From positions 7,378,001 through 7,442,000 of the forward strand of contig CM035350.1 of assembly GCA_020137815.1 (NCBI GenBank): a DNA stretch of 64,000 nucleotides, given 5' to 3'. This DNA is from Hormiphora californensis (taxonomy: Eukaryota; Animalia; Ctenophora). Positions 49,449 through 64,000 of the stretch are shown here, piece by piece. How positions within the stretch are numbered: the first letter of the stretch is position 1; every line of letters begins with the position of its first letter. The notes beneath the pieces were generated by a model. That model saw only the letters and a program-made list of their open reading frames with translations, did no database searches and was not told where the DNA came from. The position numbers and the translations under genes were made by a program.

Positions 49449-52400
49449 ACTCTAGGAGCAAGAGAAGGCTCTTATTGACCAGTTCCAGTTTAACAAGTAT
49501 TTGAGTGATAGAACGCCCCTTAACAGACACAACCAGGACGCCAGACATCCAACGTAAGACATCTTATACATCTCACACACAGAATTTGGGGGTATCTGAG
49601 TTTTGAACACCCCGGTATATCTATATCGAGTTTGGTTTGTTGGACCGTCCTCCAATTACGCAATTAACCACCTCATCAACTTGCCCCCGGACATGAGGGG
49701 CGCGACGTGCCCAACTTATCAACTAGTTCATTAACCACCCAAATCTCTGGCAATAGGTGTAAAAAGCGGTTATACCCATCGAACATGCCGGCAGCGAGTG
49801 TGATATTGGTATTCTACAATGAAGCAGCAAGTGTCGTCCTGAGAACAGTTTATTCCATTCTCAACAGATCACCAGAGCACCTTATACACGAGGTATAATA
49901 TGCAGTTCACTCTGACCATGTGTAATCACTCTTCTGACCCCCCTCCATTCACTAGTCCATTACCCATCCACTACCCAGTACCCGTCCACTACTCCATTAC
50001 CCGTCAATTTCCAATGATAGATTCTGCTGTATGATGATGATAGTGATTTAACGGAACTGGGGGAAGGGAGTTGGTTCGTTCAGCACCTTGCAACCCTCCC
50101 CAAAGTGAGGATAGAGCGATCGAAACAGGGAAGAGGTGGATTAATTAAGGTAATTACAGTATCCTAGTATTCGGCCACTGTATTGATTATTGAACAACTC
50201 CCATTTACCTAGGCCACGTAGCACCCCCCCCCCTTTATTTAGGGGGCAACGTATCAATCCATTTACCATGCCCCCAATATACCTCTAGGCGAAGAACAGA
50301 GCGGGGAGGTTAGCGACGGGTGAAGTGTTGGTATATCTTGATTGTCACTGTGAGTGTAATGATGGCTGGCTGGAACCACTCCTTTACCCAATCTATCTGA
50401 ACAGAACAGCGTGTACAACCCCAACCATCGATACAATAGGTAACTGATCAGAGCTGGCTGCAGGGGGTACACTTTTGTATGCTGCTGGTTATGTATCATA
50501 AACAGGGTGTGATCACTTTATGGATTGTATTGCCCATACATCTAACAGCAATGGTTCAAATCAAAGTAACATACTAGAACTAGAACTAGATGGCATATAA
50601 TCATAATGGAGAAAGGTCTGAGGAGAGCTAACTAAGGACCTTGTTAATGTTTGAGACCAGGAACCGACCGAATCAGGAAATACTGGTCCCTGATTGGCTG
50701 ATAACCAGTCACGTCACCTAAATAACAAGTTCTGATTGGTTGTTTACTTGTTTCGGTCGGTTCCTGTTTGAGACTTATAATTTCCACTAATTGTTTCAGC
50801 TTGGGAGGACCTGAAGGTATATGCTCCACCCCTGATAGAATCTACTGGGGGTTTGAACTGGATCCTTAACATGCTGTGGAGCCCTCTCTCAGAGAGAGAA
50901 CAGAAGAGAAGATCCCTGGATCCTTACCCCCGGACCGCTGATATCAAGTTAGTCACTCAAACTAATCATACGTAATCTAGATTCTAGATTATGGTATGGT
51001 CCCCAACCAGGTCATTCAGATAGAATTATAGCTTAAAAACTAGGTAGTGACCGTGAGATTCTTGCTTTCTGACTGCGAGTGGGAAATGTTTCCTTTCTGA
51101 GAGAAATAGACACATGTCTAGACGCTGCCAGCAGCATGTGTTCCATTACTGCACATAACTCAGTTCCATATAGTAAGCGACATGTGCTAGCTGACACTGC
51201 ACTAGCTGACACTGCACTTCATTAAAGTGTGTCTGGGAGGAGCAGGGCCTTCTACTCAGAGTCCTGTTCCCTCACCTCACCTCAATAACTGTAACACCGC
51301 TCTTTCTCCAGGAGTCCTACAATGGCGGGGGGTTTGTTCGCTATTGATAGGCTATGGTTCTACCAACTTGGCATGTACTGATGATGGCCAGGATATTTGG
51401 GGAGGGGAGAATATCGACCTTTCCTTCCGGGTGTGGCTGTGTGGTGGGGAGCAGTGGATGTCACCCTGTAGCAAAGTGGCACACGTCTTCAGACCCAAAC
51501 ACCCTTACTCCTTTGGAGATGACAACTTTAATGTGAGTTATGTAAGACTGTAGTACACACACAGTACACTGTGTAACCTGGTGTAACCCCGGTGTAACAG
51601 GTATCTTAGTATCAACTGTTATGAACCCTTTTGTTAATCCAGGAGATTTAGGGAAATAAGACTTCGTGTAGGAAGCCTTTTTATATTTACACGTACCTAC
51701 GCCCTAAGTAATACAGCCTAAACTAACGGCTATTAATTTTTTAAAGTTCTCCACACTCTAAACAGTTAACCTAACATTGTCAGACTTCTCCCATTGTCTT
51801 TATTTTAAAAGCTTAGTCAGGCCCTGACCGGTTTGACTGGTGATCACATACCTATCACTTAGTATAATAGCAAGTAGCTGCCCCAAACCTTGGTGACATA
51901 GACACCTGGCGCGACCTGGGGGTCGCGCCAGGTGTCTATGTCACCAACCCCAAACCCAGTTCTGCTGGCTGGTACCTATTATTGCACCTAGAACTATAAC
52001 AGGACCAGCAACCTGGCAGCGCATGGTGGTACATTGGTACGAATCACAAGTCACAACCCCAACATAACCTTGCCCGCGAACATGAGGGGCGCGACGTGCC
52101 CAAAACATAACCCCCCTTACACTCTCCAGGTGGTAATGAAGAATTATAAAAGGAATGCTCTGGTATGGTTTGATGAAGAACAACTGGATTTCTTTTACCG
52201 TTGGAAACCTCAAGCTATCCCTGTTGATGCGGGTGACGTCAGTGAAAGGCTGGCATTCAACAAGAAAAACAATTGTCGCAATTTCAATTACTTCCTCACC
52301 GATGTGTGGCCTGAGCTCCCCTCAGAACGGGACTGTCTGGCGACGGGAGAGATAAAAGGGGCAGATAACATTTGTCTGGATAATGCTGCCAGCTCTGATA

Positions 52401-53106
52401 AGCATGGTCAGCAGTTGGGGTGTTATGGGTGTCACAGTATGGGTAGGTAATTTGAAACCCTACAAATATTGGCTCAATTTAGCTATCTAACTATAACAGT
52501 AACTATTGTACTTCATGCAAGACCAGCTGGCAGGTCCCTCTCTATAAGTGCCCCCTCCTTCTCTAATTAATACTTCACTCTGGCACCTAGGTAACAACCA
52601 GTTTTGGATGTACAAGAAAGATAGGCGGATAATGGGTCTACTGTACGTGTTTGAGGTGCTGGGCACTAAACCTGGATCCACTGTGAACCTCGTTTGGGCA
52701 GATCTCAACTCTGATAAACAACTATTCGATTACAATTATCAGGTACTTTATTACTCAAACTTTATTTCGGTTTTTAGCAGCAGGTTTACCCCTCAATAAC
52801 CCTTAGAGCAAATGCCTGCATTGGTATATTCTGGTCAATTCAAATCCCCTTTTTATTCCTTCCATTTTCCCATAATATTATCGTTGCCCCATCCTTCCCC
52901 ACAATCGATATGCAAGTGCAACTGCTGCAAGCCGCCCCCTCCTACTCATGGGTATATTTCAGACTGGGAGTCTAGTACATCGTGTAACGGGCCTTTGCGT
53001 GGACCGAGATGGACAAGGAACCGGAGTAATAGTGGATACCTGTAACGCCAATAAACCTACCCAACAGTGGTCCTTCCAGTATACATACCCGGATAGGCCA
53101 CTGTGA
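48585..53106 (+). CDS. GALNT: Polypeptide N-acetylgalactosaminyltransferase (GT27, with ricin-B lectin domain)
   Basis: N-terminal TM segment ([16 protein letters not shown]), [47 protein letters not shown] (DxH), [36 protein letters not shown], and ricin repeats (CLD..CH..G.NQFW; CVD..QQW). A few indels are present. Confidence 0.92.
49681..49714. mobile_element. 34-bp mini-insertion, copy 1
   Basis: ttgcccccggacatgaggggcgcgacgtgcccaa flanked by ctcatcaac/cttatcaac. Confidence 0.7.
50658..50766. mobile_element. 109-bp hAT-type MITE, copy 2 (reverse orientation)
   Basis: TIR caggaaccgaccgaa and a perfect 8-bp TSD tttgagac. Confidence 0.9.
51890..51947. mobile_element. 58-bp palindromic mini-element, copy 2
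   Basis: ttggtgacatagacacctggcgcgacc...ggtcgcgccaggtgtctatgtcaccaa with a perfect 9-bp TSD ccccaaacc. Confidence 0.85.
52070..52103. mobile_element. 34-bp mini-insertion, copy 2
   Basis: ttgcccgcgaacatgaggggcgcgacgtgcccaa with a perfect 9-bp TSD aacataacc. Confidence 0.75.
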
Positions 53107-53188
53107 GGGGACAATCCGTGAGAACTGAGAAACTGTGAGAGGATGTGAAACTGTGTGTGAGAAACTGTGAGATCGAGAGGACTCTGAG

Positions 53189-53229
<41 letters not shown>

Positions 53230-53898
53230 AAACTGTGAGAGCTGACGATCGATCTGTGCTGTCTATTGTTGTTTTAAATGGGGCCTGTTTGAACTTTTTG
53301 GGGGTAAATTGTTTTTTTGACTTGCAATTATGTAATTTTATTATTGTCTTTATCTGAAAAATCGATAGGAGTTTATATTTTATATCCCGTATCATGTTGC
53401 CTTGTTCGACCTTCAGCTTCTCTCGCCGCGCCTCCAGTAAAGTGATGTGATCATGAGTTGAAGGTGACAACACCCCGACAACACTGAGAAATGTGACTCT
53501 TCATTTTCTTTCTGACCAGTCATCGTGATCAAATACATCAAAATACCATTTTCTACCGACTTTTGGCATAATAAGGAGGATAAATCACGTGATATTGGCA
53601 CGTTGACCCACATGCACGTGGGTGGTACATGTGAGTTCACTGTTTTCTAGAGCATTGCAGGCGATAACTGAGAAGTTTCGGGGTAAAAATATGGCTGGAT
53701 GGGAGGCAACATTTACCGTGAGTAGATATAAAGCAGCCAAAAGGGTACTTTTTATATCTGCACCTCCCCCGGCCCGCCTCATCATTTCTGATCGCTAACA
53801 TTTTTGCTGATATTCATTGAGTCGCCTGAAACTGTGAATAGTTCAAGATATTCAACCATAATCCTGATCTGATTCTTTGATTCCCTTTACAGACTATC

Positions 53899-54932
53899 AT
53901 GATGACCCCTTTGTTCATTCTACCCCTTCTCCTAGTCCTGTCAACACCTGGAGCTGTTGCCGCGGACCGGACCTGGCGTGGAGATCACCGCTGTGGGGAG
54001 GAGTATCTGGTTGTAGTTAATGGTAAACACGTCCCTGCCACATGCTCCATCCGAGCAGAAATCGGTTACAGCTGCTGCTCGACACACGGCTGGTGTGGGC
54101 TATCTGATGCCCATTGCACGTGCGATAAGTGCTCTATTTTCTACTCGGACGAGCAGGAGATACTGTCCCGGGTGATCGTGGATGAGAAGATATACGACCT
54201 GGACCCCCCGATGAGGCAGGTTAATTGTGCCAAGATGGTCGTGGGAGAGGAGAGTGACATGTTTTTGAGTGGGTTTGTGTATGAGATGGCTGGAGAGAAA
54301 AACTCGGGGTTAGTTAGTGTCATATGTTACTCTGCAGTTTACTTGATTTGTAGCAATTCGACTGTTTTTTTAATGTTTGAAGTTTCAATCTGTCTTTATT
54401 TGTTCCCCTATCGTCTACCACTCCCCTTGTGTTTTATTTCCTTTAACACCACACGGCCTGCTCAGCCTAAACACAGCTCCTCCATTTTAGAGCATGCTAA
54501 TCATATCCTACTCTAATCCTACTGGTTGGCTTTAACGAGCTGCGAGCCGGAGAAGATATACATCAAGGGCCAAAAATGTGGACTGGTGACTGTTGATGGA
54601 GTGGAGTATCTGGCCATGTGCAGGACCTCCAAGAATAACCCTACCCGCTGCTGCTCCAAATTTGGATGGTGTGGATTCCTCTGACAACCATTGCTGCTCA
54701 TCTTGTGATGCGTACCACCTACCAATTAGTGGACATGGTATTTTGGAGTAAACACACCAAGGTGGAAGTGGAGTCTCCACGCAACAAGAAAGCCATTGAT
54801 TGCTCCGAATCTGTGACAGGGTACGATGGGGCGGTATACTTGACTGGTATAACATTTAAACCTAGTGGCATGGCGGGTTCCTGTCTTGGCCAGTCTTTGT
54901 TTATCAAGGACGATTTACAAGAATTCGATTAA
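53899..54932 (+). CDS. Secreted protein with two hevein-like (chitin-binding type 1) Cys-rich domains; the second half has indels
   Basis: Signal peptide MMTPLFILPLLLVLSTPGAVA, then WRGDHRCG...CCSTHGWCGLSDAHCTCDKC. After a probable intron, KCG...CRTSKNNPTRCCSKFGWCG(fs)SDNHC. Confidence 0.7.
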
Positions 54933-55096
54933 CTGAAGATAAATATTATAGAACTGTAACATAATAATATTATTAATATCACATCTGAATTCTGAATATT
55001 GAGTTATGTAAGAATTGCATTGGTTTTAGTTTGTAAAATTTCAATTCCTGACTGTCTTTCATAATTTAGTTTGATGATTATCTCCCAATTCTGCTC

Positions 55097-59080
<3,984 letters not shown>

Positions 59081-60134
59081 CTGTTGGGATGGGGTGTGAT
59101 AATAAGATGTGATAATAAATTACTCGATCTACCGGTTTTTGCATGGTTAGTTGGCTAGTTGGTTAGTTGGTTAGTTAGAGCGGTTGGTGCTTTAAAGCCT
59201 TGTTTGGGGCTGCCTGAGGGTTTATACATGGTATTTATTAGAGGTATGACGTATGTAGAGGTAAAATGAGTCAAGGAAATTCATCTTTCTGCTAAGACTA
59301 AATTAAGGTTCCATCAAATTGAGTTTGACTAGCTGTACTACAAATTCGGTCTACACTTACTTTTGGACATAAATTGGGGCCGTTCCATTTCCTCCCGCGA
59401 GCATAATCCCTAGCTTCTCACCCTTTGCAACATCCACGGTAACAGAAAACATGGTGACTGGCTACATTCAGGAAGATTCCGTTGTATATATAAACTAGCT
59501 AAGACTGCTCTGCTATGAAGATCACATGTGATTATAGGTGTGTCTCCTATATGTACACTACGATATGAGAAGGGATGGAAATTGCTTGTCGTTGTTCTCT
59601 TAGTTAAAGTAACACATTCTCCATGTTGCTCAGGAGCCTCATGGTGACACCACATCATAATATAACAACATACACACACCCCAGGAGTCACCACAATATC
59701 ACGCTTGAGACACCCAGGGCAGTGGATACCCCAGTATCACGCATGAAGATCATGCGTAATTCCGGGGTGTCTTCTTCTGTGGGTGCTAGTGCGTTGAGCC
59801 CCCTGTGAGTCTCCTTGAGGTTCCCTGAGGCTTTGCAGCGCTCACCAAATAATAAAGCAGACCTGAACTTTTCTGAGTGCAGGCGCCGTGTGTAAAGGTT
59901 TGTTTAAAATTTACATAACAGGTGCACGCTGTCAAAAAAGTGCCCTGCTCTAAAATGGCCTTAACCACCAAACCATTAATTCAAAGTTTATCTGGTAGGT
60001 AACCTATCACAAGTCCCAGACCCAGCCCTAACCCTAACTCTACCTTAGCTTTAACCCTAAAAACTGTGAGTGCTGACACTCAAAACAACCAGATTTTAAC
60101 GGTTCCTCAAAACACCCAGATTTTAACGATTTAA

Positions 60135-60540
60135 TTGGCAAACGTTGCTGGCCCCCGCAGCGCGGGATAAGGCAGCGCTTTTCAAACGATTTAACGTTTA
60201 CCGTTTTTTTGGAAACAGCAATCCCGTTTTTTTTCATTTATTTCTGTTTCAGGTCTACGTCTGTACCTCTTGAAGCTGGCATGGTAAAAAACGTGACACG
60301 CGAGCAAATTGTTCAACTGCGCGGCAATTTACGCCGCGCGTCCACGACTCAGCTCAAGACTTTTTTCTTAAGTTTTATTTTGGCAAACGCTTGTTTTCAC
60401 GTTTTCAGTTTTCACGTCATGAGCAGAGAGAGGGAGAATGAGTATATATGAGGGTGTGTGGGTAATTTATTGTAATTTATTGTTTTCACGTTTTTGAAAA
60501 GCGCTGCCTTATCCCGCGGGGGGCCAGCCACGTTTGCCAA
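60135..60540. mobile_element. Non-autonomous TIR element (~50-bp TIRs)
   Basis: ttggcaaacgttgctggccccc..cgcgggataaggcagcgcttttcaaa is mirrored at 60493-60540. Confidence 0.75.
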
Positions 60541-60602
60541 TTCACGTTTCATCTTTTTTTCAAACTTTTCAACACTACTTTAAACAAATTAATTTGAGGT
60601 TT

Positions 60603-61835
60603 ATGGAACCGCCCATTGGGGGCAGACCGACGCTAGAGGATGGTACATCCAATCCTCCATCCCAGGATCCCGAACCGAAACAGCTTCTACAGCAGCTATT
60701 AAGGGACCAGAACCTTCTTGAATATGTAACTGAAGATTCTGAACTACCGCAAGGTAGACATCCAACCCGACAAATACTTTGGACACTCCTGAAAGAGGCC
60801 TACCAGACGGTATGTGTACTATCAACTGCCCTCGCTACCTCTCAGCCCGAGCACCTTGACACTGAGGTTGGGATCGTAAACCCAGATTCTCTGGATAAAC
60901 GGCTGGCAGAATTCCAAAAGGAAATCCTTCACACTGTCGAACAATCTATTCTCAAACACCACGCCCAGCCTACCTTTGCACAGCTTGCTGCACAGCTTGC
61001 TGCGAAGGAAGCTTCACCATTGACTCCTGGCCGTAACCAACCTACTGTACCAAATCGACCTGTAGCTCCCGCTTCTACCACAAAAACCTCGCCCACACGG
61101 AGGACGATTGTGGTTGACTGCTGTGAAAATGACGTTGCCGACATAAAGAGGTTAAGTGAAAGTGCCCTATCAAAGACAAAGGTCTCTAAACTGGACACAA
61201 AGAGAAACTCTGTCATAATAACTGTTCCTGAGAGTGAGGGGATAAAAGCTGCAGAGGCCCTAACCACTGGACTGCAAGGAAAATCCGTTAGAGTAAGGGC
61301 ATCCCCCACCAGTAAACTCTCGATCCTGAACTTCCCTCTCACAGACGAAATCAAGCAAATTGAAGACCGGGTGCAGAGAAATGCTGCTATACTCGAATTA
61401 TTGCAGCAAAAAAATGACGAACTTAATCATGAAGATGTTGACGTGGTCTATTTCAAAAACAATGCAAGCAATCCGGATTTATGTACGGTAGGCATCAGGC
61501 TGCCCACCCCGATCAAACGTCAACTGCTCAATCAACGAGTGGTCTATGTCGATTACTCGGCGTGCAAGGTTGTTGACAGGGTCCACGTTATTCGATGTTA
61601 CACCTGTCAGGGGTTCCATCACACTTCTGAAACGTGTGTTAAGGATGCAGTATGTGCCCATTGTGCAGGAGGCCATGCGACGAAGGACTGCAGTGTCAAA
61701 TTAAACACGAACTTTACCCCGTCTTGTATTAACTGTTCGTCAGAAGGCCATCTGAATGTTTCACACGCTGCAAGCAGCCAAGACTGTCCAGTTTATAAGT
61801 CTAAATTTGATGTTGCCAAGTCAAAAAACCAGTAG
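60603..61835 (+). CDS. LINE ORF1 gag-like nucleic-acid binding protein
   Basis: [28 protein letters not shown] and CINC...HAASSQDCP; ends SKNQ*. Confidence 0.9.
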   Translation: MEPPIGGRPTLEDGTSNPPSQDPEPKQLLQQLLRDQNLLEYVTEDSELPQGRHPTRQILWTLLKEAYQTVCVLSTALATSQPEHLDTEVGIVNPDSLDKRLAEFQKEILHTVEQSILKHHAQPTFAQLAAQLAAKEASPLTPGRNQPTVPNRPVAPASTTKTSPTRRTIVVDCCENDVADIKRLSESALSKTKVSKLDTKRNSVIITVPESEGIKAAEALTTGLQGKSVRVRASPTSKLSILNFPLTDEIKQIEDRVQRNAAILELLQQKNDELNHEDVDVVYFKNNASNPDLCTVGIRLPTPIKRQLLNQRVVYVDYSACKVVDRVHVIRCYTCQGFHHTSETCVKDAVCAHCAGGHATKDCSVKLNTNFTPSCINCSSEGHLNVSHAASSQDCPVYKSKFDVAKSKNQ

Positions 61836-64000
61836 AGCTTAACTTGGCCACCCTTAATTGTTTTTCTATTCGTAACAAGCTTTATGATGTGTTATTTAGT
61901 GTGATTGACAACGATATTGATGCAATATGTTTGACTGAGACATGGCTTAATCTTACCGAGAGTGCTATTGAGAGTGAGGTACAAGAGCTTGGTTACAAAT
62001 TGATCAGTCGGTCGCGTGGCTCTAGAGGGGGTGGTGTTGCCATCCTCATGAGGAAATCCTTCCACCATGTTCAGGTAACACACTCCTTTTCATCATTCGA
62101 GTGTGTGGAAACCCTAATCACGCATCCTCAAATTAAACCTCTTCGACTTCTTGGCGTATATCGCCCTCCATCGAGTCCTACAGCCTTATTTCTAGATGAG
62201 TTCGAAACGCTGTTACATGAACTTTCTGGTAGATCAGGTGAAATTGTTTTCACAGGAGACTTCAACATCCATATCCACGACAGCAGCTCGAGTTTTGCTA
62301 AATCATTCCTCCAATTGTTGGATGACCATCTTTTTCATCAGTTTGTAAATGAACCTACTCATATAGCAGGGGGTATACTTGACCTTGTTGTTGCTAAATC
62401 ACTCCCCAGTTCATCTCCGATCTCTAACGTGGAAGCTAATATGATCCCTGCGGCACCTGATCATGCATTGGTCTCTTTCAATTTGCACATTGGTGCACCT
62501 ACCAAGCGGAAGAAGTACATTTCAGTTAAGAAGAGGAACATTGAATCCCTTGACTTGGACTCATTCAGAAGTGAAATCCTGAAATCTCCACTCTGTGACC
62601 TTGATATCTTCACAACAAATCTTGATGAGGCTATTGAACTCTTTGAGGAGCTTCTTACGGAGTTTCTAGATGAACTTGCCCCAGTCGTTGAAACTATAGT
62701 TCCGGAAGAACCCAGTCCTAGATGGTACAACAGCAGCTGCCAAGATGCTAAACGTCGCCGAAGAGCAGCAGAGAGAAAATATCGAGCCTTATTGAAAAAA
62801 TCGGTGTGTATCAAACAACTACTTGATTCTCTTCGTACTCTTCGAGAAGAGTCAAAGGCTGCCACCAAGTACATTGTTGGAACTAGAAATGACTACTATC
62901 GTGGCCGGCTTGAAGAGGCAGGTAATGACTCTAAGAAAACCTACAGAATCATGAATGGACTACTTGGACAGGAACGTAATCCTACAATTCTACCAGAACA
63001 CAGTGATGAAAATGAACTCTGCCAGAAGTTCATGACATTTTTCAAGGAGAAGATAGACAAAATCTACCAAGATATTCAGAGTTTGCAATCAGATGAAGAT
63101 CAGGAGTTTTCTACTAGTTCCACTAGTGACAACGTTCCTCCACAGTTTAACTGTTTCCAGCCTGTTACCAGTGAGGACTTGGTCAAGGTTATACGATCCC
63201 TAAACTACAAGGCGTGTGACTTGGACCCAGTTCCGTCGAAGCTCATGGCTGCATGTGTCCATGAACTCATGCCTGTTATCAATTCAATTGTCAACGGAAG
63301 CTTGGAGAGTGGGGTTTTTCCATCGGCGCTGAAGAAAGCAGTTATCCGTCCTGTATATAAAGGAAAAGGTCTAGACTCGAATAACTTGGGGAGTTACAGG
63401 CCCATATCCAACCTCAGTTTTATTTCCAAAATCATCGAGAAGTGCGTATCCATTCAACTCACTGCACACCTTGAACAGCATGGACTATTTGCGTCTGTTC
63501 AATCTGCCTATAGGAGTAAACATTCTTGTGAAACGGCTACCCTGAAAATCTTCAACGACCTACTTGTGCTGACGGACAAGCGTAGGAAAGCTGTACTTTT
63601 ACTCCTGGATTTGTCGGCTGCGTTTGATACTGTTCCCCATTCTACACTTCTCCGCCGTCTCGAGCACATGTATGGTGTTAAGGGAGTAGCCCTTGATTGG
63701 TTTACGTCATATCTTCAAGAGCGGAAGGCATTTGTAAAAATTGGACAAGGTCAATCATCAGAGGTGGAAATCTGTATTGGAGTACCCCAAGGGTCTATTC
63801 TTGGGCCTCTTCTTTTTGTTCTTTTCACTAAGGATCTTGAGACTATCGCAGCTAGACATGGTGTTAAAATTCATTTATACGCAGACGATTCTCAGCTATA
63901 TATCAGCTTTACCAACAACAACTGGGCACATTGTGAAAGTCAGTTGCAAAATTGTTTTACCGAGGTTGAGAAATGGATGGCATCGAGTTACCTAAAACTC
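61823..64000 (+). CDS. LINE ORF2 (AP endonuclease + reverse transcriptase), partial; -1 frame relative to ORF1
   Basis: [94 protein letters not shown]. Confidence 0.92.

Larger units (their letters stand above)
60541..64000 (+). mobile_element. Apparently intact non-LTR retrotransposon (L2/CR1 group), 3' end beyond the window
   Basis: ORF1 has three CCHC knuckles. ORF2 has APE and RT motifs, with no stop seen up to the window end. Confidence 0.93.

Noticed and set aside
60929-62874. Antisense ORFs in the LINE
   Set aside because: They are shadow ORFs opposite ORF1 and ORF2 with no independent features.

Overview
This is a eukaryotic (animal) genomic window, rich in introns, (GA)n microsatellites and transposons, with two 100-N gaps (31455-31554, 48424-48523) and patches of indel-prone sequence. 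It is probably a ctenophore such as Pleurobrachia; this is an inference from the repeat landscape and a remembered 109-bp repeat, not a verified result. Genes, left to right: TAF2 (5' part, -); intronless CCDC61 (-); a 7-exon tensin (+, 6871-26986, C2H2-like/C1/PTEN-type phosphatase/C2/SH2/PTB) reconstructed by hand across large repeat-filled introns; a C2H2 zinc-finger gene (-); CCDC113 (-); two tandem stand-alone GKAP/DLGAP (GH1) domain paralogs (-); CDC25 (-); a polypeptide GalNAc-transferase (+); a secreted protein with two hevein-like domains (+); a multi-PDZ gene (-); and an apparently intact L2/CR1-group LINE running off the right end. The main observations are six. (1) Tandem arrays built from branch-point (CTAAC/TACTAAC) plus polypyrimidine units sit on the sense strand directly against 3' splice sites. 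(2) A 4.9-kb foldback element with almost no spacer fills one tensin intron. (3) Ultra-short 34-58 bp insertions carry 8-10 bp target-site duplications. (4) The tensin retains a VSP/PTEN-type HCKGGKGR active site. (5) Closely spaced co-oriented genes have acceptor sites just before the ATG, suggesting trans-splicing or operons. (6) LINE ORF2 has no AUG before its endonuclease domain and follows an A_AAA_AAC -1 slippery site.
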